Of a stretch of 64,000 bases of DNA, positions 49,073 to 59,063 are shown in pieces. The number at the start of each line of letters is the position of its first letter. The stretch's first letter is position 1. The position numbers and the translations under genes are program-made. The DNA is from Candidatus Cloacimonadales bacterium (GTDB lineage: Bacteria; Cloacimonadota; Cloacimonadia; Cloacimonadales; JAFGVF01), in the NCBI GenBank assembly GCA_963677495.2, contig CAXXOU010000004.1:704001-768000 (forward strand), written 5' to 3'. Under the pieces are notes generated by a model. It searched no databases. It saw only the letters and a list, made by a program, of their open reading frames with translations, and had not been told where the DNA came from.

Positions 49073-50120
49073 TGCCGGAGGAACTGGTGGACATATTCAA
49101 CCTGCTATCTCAATAGCAAGAGAATTTGTAAACCGGGGATGGGAAGTTCATTACATAGGTAACAAGGAAGGAATGGAAGAGGGACTGGTGAAATCAGCTG
49201 GAATACCATTCTACCCGATTAACGTGCAAAAGTTGTATAGAAAGCTAACTTTCAAGCACGTTAGATTTCCGTTTATGCTACTCAACAGTTACAAGAAGTG
49301 CATCAAATATCTTAAAGATATAAACCCTGATATTTACCTTGGCTGTGGTGGATTTGTTAGTGGTCCTGCCGGGCTTGCTGCAGTAAAGCTTAATATCCCA
49401 ATATATCTTCAAGAACAAAATAGTTATCCTGGTATTACAACTCGATTTCTATCAAAACATGCGAAAATTGTCTTTACCGCTTATGAAGCAGCTGAATCAT
49501 ATCTAAAAGCAGATGATGTAAGAAATGTTGGAAACCCTACAAATATTAGCGAAGATAATCACCAACAGTTGGAATTAACCAAATACAATTTAACTAAAGA
49601 GACAAAGAAACTTTTAGTTCTTGGTGGAAGTCAAGGTTCAGTTGTTATGAATAATCTTATCGAGTCTTGTATTGATGAATTGTTAGAGCAGAATATTGAG
49701 GTTATATGGCAGACAGGGAAGAGGAACTATTTAAATCTTAAGGACAAGTTTAGCAATAAACAAGGTACTTTTATTTTTGCATTCACAAACAAGATGAATG
49801 AGATGTATAATAGTGCCGATATAGTCGTTGCCCGAGCTGGAGCTCTCACTTTAAGCGAATTACAGATCAAAAAGATTCCTTCAATACTTATACCATTACC
49901 TTCTGCAGCTGAAAACCACCAATACTTTAACGCAAAAGAGCTTGCCGATAAAGGAATGGCTAGAATTATTGAACAGAAACATTTAACAAAAAGCAGTTTT
50001 ATCAAAGTTATAGGTGATGTTGTAAGTAGATTGGAGAATATCAAAACATCTTTTCCTGAATTTAATGAACCTGTACAAAGTCTGATAACTGACCAAATAA
50101 ACAAAGATATGGAGAAATAG
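49053..50120 (+). CDS. murG: Undecaprenyl-PP-MurNAc-pentapeptide GlcNAc transferase
   Basis: GGTGGHI, EQN, GGSQG, RAGA, HQY.NA. Confidence 0.95.
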   Translation: MKRVVISAGGTGGHIQPAISIAREFVNRGWEVHYIGNKEGMEEGLVKSAGIPFYPINVQKLYRKLTFKHVRFPFMLLNSYKKCIKYLKDINPDIYLGCGGFVSGPAGLAAVKLNIPIYLQEQNSYPGITTRFLSKHAKIVFTAYEAAESYLKADDVRNVGNPTNISEDNHQQLELTKYNLTKETKKLLVLGGSQGSVVMNNLIESCIDELLEQNIEVIWQTGKRNYLNLKDKFSNKQGTFIFAFTNKMNEMYNSADIVVARAGALTLSELQIKKIPSILIPLPSAAENHQYFNAKELADKGMARIIEQKHLTKSSFIKVIGDVVSRLENIKTSFPEFNEPVQSLITDQINKDMEK

Positions 50121-51491
50121 ATGCTAGGTCGTACTAAAAGAATACATTTTGTTGGAATTGGTGGAATCGGTATGAGTGGTATTGCTGAGTTTCTGTTTAA
50201 TCAGGGCTTAGAAATAACAGGCTCAGATATGAGGAAGAGTGAGTTAACCGACCATCTTGAGAGTATTGGTATTAATATTGCTGAGGGGCATGATTCTGAT
50301 CTTCTCTATAATGCTGATGTGGTTGTGAAATCATCAGCTGTAACTGATGATAATCCTGAAATTATGAAGGCTTTAAAATCTCATATTCCTGTTATAAGAA
50401 GAGCCGAAATGCTGGCTGAAATCACAAGAATGAGTATCGGAATTGGTTTAGCCGGTACACATGGCAAAACATCTACTACTTCAATGGTTGGTATGATCCT
50501 GAATGATGCCAAGCTTGATCCAACTATTATCGTAGGTGGAAGAGTTAAAAACTTTGGTTCTAACAACATAATTGGCTCAGGGAAATATATTGTTGTCGAA
50601 GCTGATGAGTATGATCACTCTTTTCTTACTTTATCTCCTATCTTTGCAGGTATCACAAATATTGATGCTGACCATCTAGACTGCTATAAAAGTCTTGATG
50701 ATATTAAAGATGCCTTTGTTGAATATGCAAACAAAGTGCCATTTTTTGGATGTGTAGTAGCATGTCTTGATGATAAAGGTGTTCAGTCTATATTACCGAG
50801 AATCAACAAGCGAGTATTGACTTATGGTTTCTCACGACAAGCTGATCTGCAAGCTGTAAATGTGGAATACAAAAATTTCAAATCATCTTTTGATGTGGTT
50901 TTTAAAGGATATAAACTCGGTCGTGTATCAATGCAAGTGACCGGAAAGCACAATATTCAGAATGCACTTAATGCGATTGGTATTGCCTTGGAACTTGATG
51001 TCCCATTCGAGAGTATTCAATCAGGATTAAGTAATTATAAGGGTGTATTTAGAAGGTTCGAGTACAAAGGTGAAGCAAAGCAGGTTATCGTCTATGACGA
51101 TTATGCACATCATCCAACGGAGATTATTGCTACCCTAGAAGCCTTTAGAGAATCAACTGACAAAAGGATAATACTTCTTTTTCAACCACATCTCTTCTCT
51201 AGAACCAGAGATTTCCATGAGGAGTTTGGACGATCATTCTTCTCTTGTGATGTGCTTTTTGTAGCTCCTATATACCCGGCAAGAGAAGCTCCTATACCTG
51301 GGATCTCCGGTCAATTGATAGCTGATTCAGCGATAAAATCAGGGCATCAACATGTTCATTATATAGAAAATAGTGAAAATATTGAAGCTACGGTTTTAAA
51401 ACACCTTAAAGATGGTGATATTCTTTTAACAATGGGTGCCGGACCTATATGGAGAACTGGTGAGAAAATATTAGAGGAACTTGAAAAATAA
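50121..51491 (+). CDS. murC: UDP-MurNAc:L-Ala ligase
   Basis: GIGGIGMSG, GTHGKT, EADE, DDYAHHPTE. Confidence 0.97.
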   Translation: MLGRTKRIHFVGIGGIGMSGIAEFLFNQGLEITGSDMRKSELTDHLESIGINIAEGHDSDLLYNADVVVKSSAVTDDNPEIMKALKSHIPVIRRAEMLAEITRMSIGIGLAGTHGKTSTTSMVGMILNDAKLDPTIIVGGRVKNFGSNNIIGSGKYIVVEADEYDHSFLTLSPIFAGITNIDADHLDCYKSLDDIKDAFVEYANKVPFFGCVVACLDDKGVQSILPRINKRVLTYGFSRQADLQAVNVEYKNFKSSFDVVFKGYKLGRVSMQVTGKHNIQNALNAIGIALELDVPFESIQSGLSNYKGVFRRFEYKGEAKQVIVYDDYAHHPTEIIATLEAFRESTDKRIILLFQPHLFSRTRDFHEEFGRSFFSCDVLFVAPIYPAREAPIPGISGQLIADSAIKSGHQHVHYIENSENIEATVLKHLKDGDILLTMGAGPIWRTGEKILEELEK

Positions 51492-52231
51492 TGAAGAAGA
51501 AAGTTAGAGGAAATAGCCGATATGTTACCTACATGGTGACAGGCATTCTCCTATTAATTATCATCTTCAATTTTGGTCGCTCATATTTGAGAAAATGGGA
51601 CAAATGTCTTCTTAAAACAGTTGTAATTAAGAATAATGCTGCTATTTCAGAAGAAAAACTTCAAAGTATTATGAGTACATACATTGGGCAAAATCTCTTT
51701 ACAATAAACAAACGTGAGATTAAAGATAAGATTTTAGAGTTTTATAGAATCAAGGAAGTAAAGATAAGTAGAAGGCTATTTGATAAACTTATAATTACAG
51801 TTTATGAGCATAATGGATATGTAAACGTCCTAACTAAGGATAATAAAATCTTTACGCTTAATTCTGATGTTGTTGTTTTAAATGAGTTTAGCTATAATAA
51901 GAATGATGACTATCCATTAATAAGAACGTCTCTACACTCCCGTAACTGTACTCCCGGTGTTGCTGTTACAGATGCTGCAATTTTAGAAATTATCGAATAT
52001 CATAAAAAATTACTTGAAGTTAAACCAGAGATACAAAACTATATCTCTGAATATTATAAAGAAGGAAACGATATTTGTTTCCGAGAAATAAAGTCAGGAA
52101 AGAAAGTTATTATTGACTTAAGGTACTTAGAAGAAAACATTTCAATGTTTTTCTCAATGCTTGAAAGCTTAAGATATGATGAGTATAGTACCTACATATT
52201 TAAATTTAAAGACAAAACTATAAGAAAATAA
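51491..52231 (+). CDS. ftsQ: Cell division protein FtsQ/DivIB-like
   Basis: TM helix + POTRA-like (GQNLF..., ISRRLFDKLIITVYE). Confidence 0.75.
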   Translation: MKKKVRGNSRYVTYMVTGILLLIIIFNFGRSYLRKWDKCLLKTVVIKNNAAISEEKLQSIMSTYIGQNLFTINKREIKDKILEFYRIKEVKISRRLFDKLIITVYEHNGYVNVLTKDNKIFTLNSDVVVLNEFSYNKNDDYPLIRTSLHSRNCTPGVAVTDAAILEIIEYHKKLLEVKPEIQNYISEYYKEGNDICFREIKSGKKVIIDLRYLEENISMFFSMLESLRYDEYSTYIFKFKDKTIRK

Positions 52232-52255
52232 GCATTACCTTATAGAGGAGTAGCC

Positions 52256-53524
52256 ATGTTAGAATTTGATCAAAAACCTGTATTAAAACACGCTAAACTT
52301 GTTATATTTGGAGTTGGTGGTGCCGGCTGTAATGCAATCAACAATATGATAGATTTTGGATTAGAGGACGTTGAGTACATTGCAACAAACACAGATATTG
52401 CTCATCTCAACATCTCTAAAGCAAAAATAAAGATTCAACTAGGTAAGAAACTTACACAGGGAAGAGGAGCAGGTTCCGATCCTCAGAGAGGACGTGAAGC
52501 TGCAGAAGAGAATTATGAAGACATTAAACATCTAATGGAAGGTGCAGATTTAGTTCTTATTGCTGCTGGTATGGGTGGGGGCACAGGAACAGGAGCAGCA
52601 CCAATAATTGCAAAGATAGCTAAAGAGAAAGAGATTATATCAATAGCAGTTGTGACAACTCCATTCGATGATGAAGGTAAGATCAGAAGAGAGAATGCAA
52701 AAAACGGTTTGCTTGAACTGAGAAACTATGTCGATTCTTACTTGATTGTACCCAATCAGAAGATTTATGAGGCTTATCCTGATGCTCCGGCATTTGAAGC
52801 TTACAAAGAAGCTGACCTTGTGCTTTTCAACTCAGCAAAAGCAATTGCAGATGTTATCAACAAATCCTATGTAATGAATGCAGAGTTATCTGACCTTATT
52901 ACAATCCTTAAAGGAAATGGTAGAGCGTTAATCGGGATTGGAACCGGTGAAGGTGAGAATAGAGCTTCTGATGCTCTTAAGAATGCTATTGAAAATCCAT
53001 TATTGAATGATGTTACTCTCGAGGACTGTGCTGGTGTCGTATACCAAATACTGGCGGGACAAGATATTCCAACAAGTGATTTACGTTTTATATCAGAAGA
53101 GATTCACAAATTAGCAGGTGATGATGCACATATCATACGTGGAGCTCATTTTGATGAATCAAGTAATGGTAAGATATCATTAACTGTTATTGCTTCAGGT
53201 CTAGTAGATCCTGATGATTTCCTAAGAGAAAATGTACAACAACAGCTTAATCCTCAGCAAAACTTTAATAATCAGGGTTATAACCCAAATAGTAACTCGA
53301 ATCTAAATACTCAATTCAATCCAAATCTTGGATCAAGCTTTAGTAATGATCCGGCTAATCTTGGTTCATATGATTCAGGGACACAAGAGGATGACGATGC
53401 CTCTGCTCATCTTAAAGAGTTGATGAGTGGTATTAGTTTAGCAGGAGATAATGAGGAACCTGAAGAAAAGAAATCCGGTTCTCAACTTAAATCTGAACCT
53501 CTTGACTTTAGTAGACGCTATTAA
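52256..53524 (+). CDS. ftsZ: Cell division protein FtsZ
   Basis: GVGGAGCNA, NTD, GAG..P..G, GMGGGTGTG. Confidence 0.97.
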   Translation: MLEFDQKPVLKHAKLVIFGVGGAGCNAINNMIDFGLEDVEYIATNTDIAHLNISKAKIKIQLGKKLTQGRGAGSDPQRGREAAEENYEDIKHLMEGADLVLIAAGMGGGTGTGAAPIIAKIAKEKEIISIAVVTTPFDDEGKIRRENAKNGLLELRNYVDSYLIVPNQKIYEAYPDAPAFEAYKEADLVLFNSAKAIADVINKSYVMNAELSDLITILKGNGRALIGIGTGEGENRASDALKNAIENPLLNDVTLEDCAGVVYQILAGQDIPTSDLRFISEEIHKLAGDDAHIIRGAHFDESSNGKISLTVIASGLVDPDDFLRENVQQQLNPQQNFNNQGYNPNSNSNLNTQFNPNLGSSFSNDPANLGSYDSGTQEDDDASAHLKELMSGISLAGDNEEPEEKKSGSQLKSEPLDFSRRY

Positions 53525-53548
53525 GCTAATTTGATTTATAGATTTATT

Positions 53549-53573
53549 AAAGCCCGGGTCTTGCCGGGCTTTT
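53549..53573 (+). terminator. Intrinsic terminator after ftsZ
   Basis: AAAGCCCGG-loop-CCGGGCTTTT. Confidence 0.75.
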
Positions 53574-54159
53574 CCATTTTCTCATATTCAATTGATTTAA
53601 ACCACGGAAATTGAACCCTCACTGCTCTATCTTAACTCACAGGAAACACACGGGAATCTCTCGGGACTTTGCCTGCGTAATTCCCGGGAATGGCTCGAGT
53701 TAATCGCGTGTAATTCCCATGAGTTAAGATAGCACAATGAATGAGAAATACATGTGTATTGATTAATAGGAATACCAATTTCAATTTCAATCTGTCGATT
53801 AAGAAAGCAATTCTACATATGCAATCATTAACACTGAATCTATTCACAGATTATTTTATCACATCAATGGCTTACTGCAGTTGTGACATACTATTCGCAT
53901 ACTTGACCACGGGTTAACCAGGGGTAAACCACGGGTTAACCGCGGCTTACGTGGTTTAGGCGTGGTTTATCCCTGGTTTATCCGGGGAAAGACAACATAA
54001 TTGTTCTTTAGTGTCCCTGATTAATTCTTTGATATAAAGTTAACATTCATTACTATCAAAGTACATTTTAAAGAAAATTATGGTACATTGGATATAATAT
54101 ACTTGCCAAAAGAAAATCGGTATTTATTTATTGATAAAACATTTATTGGGAGAGTATGT

Positions 54160-55140
54160 ATGCGATACATTAAGTTCTTGGTCATCCCATTGATGGCTCT
54201 GGTTATTTCTTGTACTCCGGGGTCTGATCCATGGTCAAAAGTTATAACATGCAACCTTAAAGGTAGAGATACAAAGACACTCATTTCAGTTGACGAATCC
54301 AATGAATACTTATCTACAATGTATGTTTCAACCGATACTGTGCTAAATGAGGAGAAAATCTTAGGAGTGAAAATCTGGAATTATGAAATAATTAATCCCA
54401 TTAATGGTTCTATAGAGTATTCATTTACTCCTGATACTGAAGATTTTTATATCTACAACCCCATTCTATCACATTCTCGCACTACTTTGCTTATTGACAA
54501 TCAGAAGTCACTAGTGATGTGTAGCACAACTGCGAATGAAACTACTGTTATTTGTGAAGTTGATTCAACAAACAAGTTTTATCCGTCATTCTCAATTGAT
54601 GATTCAGAAATTCTATACAATACCTCAATAGACACTGTTAGGGTTCTTATGGCATATAATATAAACAATGCAACACATAGAGTCGTATATAAATGCATTG
54701 CAGCTCAGCTAATTCAGGCAAAACAGGTTAATGAATCAAGTTATATCGGATTACTTTATAACTATGCTTCAGGATATGAAATGATTGCTCCTTTGGTACT
54801 ATTTAATGAGCAGGATGGTTCAGTAGAAGTTATTTCAAATGAAGATATTGTGGATTTAACTTTCTCAGCAGAAACCGGATATATTGCATATGTTAGTGAA
54901 GGAAGAGAGCTAGTTGGAATTAATTTGAATACAAGGGAAGAACTCGGAAGGATTGATGTTAACAGAAGAATTTACATGTCTCATCCTGAGTTCAATACTG
55001 ATGGGACTAAACTTGTATATTCAGATTACATTGTTTCTTTCCCTGAAATGATAGGAAAACGAGTATATTGTGATGCAAACTCCCAACCTCATTTTTCTAG
55101 AGACTCATCAAGACTTACTACAACCCTTTCGAATTTTTAA
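54160..55140 (+). CDS. Lipoprotein with TolB-like beta-propeller
   Basis: Lipobox LVISC; YPSFSIDD, HPEFNTDG and QPHFSRD repeats. Confidence 0.7.
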   Translation: MRYIKFLVIPLMALVISCTPGSDPWSKVITCNLKGRDTKTLISVDESNEYLSTMYVSTDTVLNEEKILGVKIWNYEIINPINGSIEYSFTPDTEDFYIYNPILSHSRTTLLIDNQKSLVMCSTTANETTVICEVDSTNKFYPSFSIDDSEILYNTSIDTVRVLMAYNINNATHRVVYKCIAAQLIQAKQVNESSYIGLLYNYASGYEMIAPLVLFNEQDGSVEVISNEDIVDLTFSAETGYIAYVSEGRELVGINLNTREELGRIDVNRRIYMSHPEFNTDGTKLVYSDYIVSFPEMIGKRVYCDANSQPHFSRDSSRLTTTLSNF

Positions 55141-55275
55141 CTGAAGTTAGATTTAATAATATTTCATATTTAATGAGAACTAAGTTCAGATACGATTCTT
55201 GCTTAAGTGTCATTCTGTCAAAATTACTTGCCAAGAATTAACAATGTGCAAATAAAGATACAAAGGAGATTACTA

Positions 55276-56559
55276 ATGAAAAGAAAGTATATCGAAGAGC
55301 TTAAAGAGTTTTTAGATCAATCACCTACAGCGTATCAGGCTAGTGGCAATATTATATATGAACTAGAAAAGAACGGATATCAACATCTTGATGAATGCGA
55401 TGAGTGGAAGCTTGAAAAAGGTGGTAAATACTACCTTCAAAGAAACCAATCAGCTGTAGTTGCTTTCATTAATGGAAACACAAAACCTAATGCTAATGGT
55501 TACAAGTTAATCGGTGCACATACTGATAGTCCTGCTCTTAAAATAAAACCATTAACAGAAACAACCGTTAAAGGCACCAGAAAGCTTGGTGTTGAAGTTT
55601 ATGGTGGACCTATCCTTTCAACTTGGCTGGATAGAGAACTTTCAGTAGCCGGTAGAGTTGTAATTAAAGTAGATGACAGCTTTGAATCCAGACTTATAAA
55701 CCTTATCAAACCTATTGGTATTATTCCAAACGCTGCTATTCATATGAATAGAGAAGTTAACTCAGGTTTCAAGTACAATGCTCAAAATCATCTTCCTATT
55801 ATGATGGGAACAGGCTCTGAAAACAATGAAAACTACTTAAAGTGTCTCATTGCTGACCATTTAGATGTCCCGATGGATGATATTCTTGATTATGATCTTT
55901 TCCTTTATGATCCGCAACCTGCCACATTAATTGGTGATGTAGAAGATGGATACATTATCGCAGGCAGACAAGATGATCTGTCTATGTGCCATGCTATTCT
56001 TGTTGCATTGCTTGAATCTAATACTTCAGATGCTACTCTTGTGGGTGTATTCTTCGATAATGAAGAGATTGGTAGCAGAACCCTTCAAGGTGCTGCATCT
56101 CCTTTCTTAGCAACAATTCTTAAACGAATCTCTTTGACTCATGGTCTTAATGAAGAGGAACATCTTATCTCATTGAGAAAGAGTAAACTTGTCTCTGCTG
56201 ATTTAGCGCATGCATATCATCCCAACTTCGCCGGTAAGCATGATCCACATTATACACCTATCATGAACAAAGGTCCAGTCATCAAAATCAATGCAGGATT
56301 CAGTTATGCCACAACTGCTGAAACATCATATTTCTTTGAGCAACTATGTAAGCAAGCAGACGTACCGGTGCAGAAGATTATCGGACGTTCAGATGTACGT
56401 TCAGGTTCTACAATTGGACCAATCAGTTCTGCCGGTTTAGGCATAGACACTGTGGATATTGGTTCTCCTGTATGGGCTATGCACTCAGTTCGTGAGACAG
56501 GTGGACAAGCTGACCATTTCTATATGATAGAAGTACTTAAAGAGTTCTATAAAGATTAA
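55276..56559 (+). CDS. M18 family aspartyl aminopeptidase
   Basis: GAHTDSP, YGG...TWLDR, DNEEIGS, GSTIGP, MHSVRE. Confidence 0.93.
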   Translation: MKRKYIEELKEFLDQSPTAYQASGNIIYELEKNGYQHLDECDEWKLEKGGKYYLQRNQSAVVAFINGNTKPNANGYKLIGAHTDSPALKIKPLTETTVKGTRKLGVEVYGGPILSTWLDRELSVAGRVVIKVDDSFESRLINLIKPIGIIPNAAIHMNREVNSGFKYNAQNHLPIMMGTGSENNENYLKCLIADHLDVPMDDILDYDLFLYDPQPATLIGDVEDGYIIAGRQDDLSMCHAILVALLESNTSDATLVGVFFDNEEIGSRTLQGAASPFLATILKRISLTHGLNEEEHLISLRKSKLVSADLAHAYHPNFAGKHDPHYTPIMNKGPVIKINAGFSYATTAETSYFFEQLCKQADVPVQKIIGRSDVRSGSTIGPISSAGLGIDTVDIGSPVWAMHSVRETGGQADHFYMIEVLKEFYKD

Positions 56560-56668
56560 TTTTGAGTAAAGAGAAACGGATTCATTATTTTATGTTGACA
56601 AAATAATGAAATAAACTCTCATATTAGCGATTAAAATCCAGAACAATAAAATATAAATGGAGGATTTC

Positions 56669-57760
56669 ATGGAAAGAAGAATTCATAACTTCAGTGCAGG
56701 ACCTTCAACACTTCCTTTAGAGGTGTTACAGCAGGTTCAAAAAGACTTAGTAAGCTACAAAGGCCTCGGTCTTTCAGTAATGGAGATGTCACATCGTTCA
56801 AAAGAGTACGGTGAGATTATCAATGCTGCTCGTGAGAATGCAAAGAAAATCTACGGTCTCGGAGATGATTGGGAAGTTCTTTTCCTTCAAGGTGGTGCAA
56901 GTACTCAGTTCCTTATGGTTGCAATGAATCTTTGTGCAGACGACAAAGTTGCAAACTATATCAATACTGGTACATGGGCTACAAAAGCTTATAAAGAAGC
57001 TAAGAAGATTGGTAAGAAAACTCATCTTGCTGCTACATCTGAAGAAGATGGATTTGCATACATTCCTAAAGAGTTCACTCTTTCAGAGAATCCTGCTTAT
57101 CTTCATATCACCCATAATAACACTATTAGAGGTACAGAATATCATTGGACTCCTGAAGTCCCTGCAGGTGTACCACTAATTGCTGACATGTCTTCAAACT
57201 TCATGAGTCGTCCAGTAGATATCGAGAAATACGATATGGTTTATGCAGGTGCTCAGAAGAATGTAGGACCAGCCGGTTGTACTGTTGTTCTTATCAAGAA
57301 AGAATTTGCTGCTAAATTACCTGGTGGTCTTCCTACAATGCTTGATTACACAACTCATCTTGAGAAAGAATCAATGTTCAATACTCCACCTGCTTTCGCT
57401 ATCTACGTAATTGGTGAAGTTTTCAAATGGATCCTTGAACAGGGTGGTATTGATAAAGTTAATGAAAACAACGTAGCAAAAGCTAAGCTTATCTATGATG
57501 TGATCGATAACTCAAACGGTTTCTACAAAGGTTCAGTTACTGATATAGATAGCCGTTCATTAATGAACATCACATTCTTACTTCCAACTGATGAGTTAAG
57601 TAAGAAGTTCATCGCTGAAGGTGCTGCTCAAGACCTTAGTGGTCTTAAAGGTCACCGTTCAGTTGGTGGTTGCAGAGCTTCTGTTTACAATGCATGCCCT
57701 TACGAAAGTGCACACGCATTAGCTGAGTTCATGAAGAAGTTCATGGAAGAAAATAAGTAA
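56669..57760 (+). CDS. serC: Phosphoserine aminotransferase
   Basis: NFSAGP, EMSHRS, GAQKN, NTPP, KGHRSVGG. Confidence 0.97.
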   Translation: MERRIHNFSAGPSTLPLEVLQQVQKDLVSYKGLGLSVMEMSHRSKEYGEIINAARENAKKIYGLGDDWEVLFLQGGASTQFLMVAMNLCADDKVANYINTGTWATKAYKEAKKIGKKTHLAATSEEDGFAYIPKEFTLSENPAYLHITHNNTIRGTEYHWTPEVPAGVPLIADMSSNFMSRPVDIEKYDMVYAGAQKNVGPAGCTVVLIKKEFAAKLPGGLPTMLDYTTHLEKESMFNTPPAFAIYVIGEVFKWILEQGGIDKVNENNVAKAKLIYDVIDNSNGFYKGSVTDIDSRSLMNITFLLPTDELSKKFIAEGAAQDLSGLKGHRSVGGCRASVYNACPYESAHALAEFMKKFMEENK

Positions 57761-57780
57761 TTTATTGATTACTATATATC

Positions 57781-57858
57781 AAGGGCTTCTGAGAAATCAG
57801 AAGCCTTTTTTGATACAGTAAAACAGTAATAAAAAAGGCAGTGGATATACACTGCCTT
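57781..57858. terminator. Back-to-back terminators between convergent serC and TPR genes
   Basis: GGCTTCTGA-GAAA-TCAGAAGCCTTTTTT (+) and AAAAAAGGCAGTG..CACTGCCTT (-). Confidence 0.8.
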
Positions 57859-57879
57859 CTAAGATTGTTTAAGTAGTAA

Positions 57880-58989
57880 CTACTTATCAAAAGCTTTAAG
57901 CTTTTTGCTATATTCAGTAACAGTATCTTTGTCACCAAGTTGCTGTGCAGCAACAAGTACAAGACGTACAGCTTCAATTCTATCTGGTGCTGCTTCATGG
58001 AATTTCTTACTATAGACTAAAAGGTCATCATATTTCTTAGCGTTACTAAGTGCATAGCATAAGAATTCAAATCTTTCAGCTTTTGGATCAAGGTCTGCAA
58101 CCTTTTTACCATAATCAAGAGCTTTATCTGTTTCTCCAAGAACATTAGCAAACTGAGAAGCATTATCTAAAGCATCAAGGTTTTCAGGTTCAATTGCGAT
58201 AGCCATTTCTGTATATTCAAGTGCCTTAGCATATTTTTCCAAATTGGAAAAAGCAATCGAGATATTGAAAAGAACATTGATATCATTTGGTGTCACAGCA
58301 AGAAGAGCTTGATATGTTTCGATAGCTTTCTCAGGTTTCTCTGCATTAAAATAAAGTGCAGCAAGTTGGTTAAGTGACTGTGTATCTTCAGGTGCCTTTT
58401 CTTTAATCAATTCATAAGTAGCAATAGCATTATCATTCTGTTCTAAGTTAAGATAAGCAGATGCTTTAAGTTGAAGAGCAGTTACATTCTCTGGATCGAG
58501 TTCAATAACTTTGTCATAAGCAACGATAGCTTCTTCGTATTCTTCATCATCAGTTGCAAGTGTCTGACCAATAACAAGAATCTTCTGAACAGGGAACATG
58601 AGTTCTTTCTCTCTAAGTCTATCAATATCTTTCTTTTCGTTTTTAAGCTTCTTAGGTTTAATACCTTCTTCGATAAGCTTATCATAAGCTTCGATAGCAG
58701 CTTTATATGATTTGTAGGCTTCAGCATAATAATTAACTTTGTTTTTAGAACGTTCTGAACCAAATGTGTAGTTAATCTGTCCAATTTTGACTAAAGCTTC
58801 AACACTATTAGGATCAGTTTCGAGAACTGTATTGTAAAACTCTAAAGCTTTGTCGTAGTTCTTTTGTTGAAGCTTCATTTTTGCATCTCTCAAAGAACGT
58901 GTTCCTTGTCCTGAAAGCTTCTGCTTTGCTTGAAGTCCTGTAGCAAGCAGAACTAACATTGTTAAGATTATGAGTAAACTCTTTTTCAT
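57880..58989 (-). CDS. Secreted TPR-repeat protein
   Basis: Signal peptide and multiple TPR motifs (..YDKVIELDPEN..). Confidence 0.85.
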   Translation of the reverse strand: MKKSLLIILTMLVLLATGLQAKQKLSGQGTRSLRDAKMKLQQKNYDKALEFYNTVLETDPNSVEALVKIGQINYTFGSERSKNKVNYYAEAYKSYKAAIEAYDKLIEEGIKPKKLKNEKKDIDRLREKELMFPVQKILVIGQTLATDDEEYEEAIVAYDKVIELDPENVTALQLKASAYLNLEQNDNAIATYELIKEKAPEDTQSLNQLAALYFNAEKPEKAIETYQALLAVTPNDINVLFNISIAFSNLEKYAKALEYTEMAIAIEPENLDALDNASQFANVLGETDKALDYGKKVADLDPKAERFEFLCYALSNAKKYDDLLVYSKKFHEAAPDRIEAVRLVLVAAQQLGDKDTVTEYSKKLKAFDK

Positions 58990-59063
58990 TGTATCCTCCA
59001 ATAAGTTATCAATTTTGATGTTAAAGACATTTATAGTGGTTTATAAGTCAAGTAGATTCTCTA

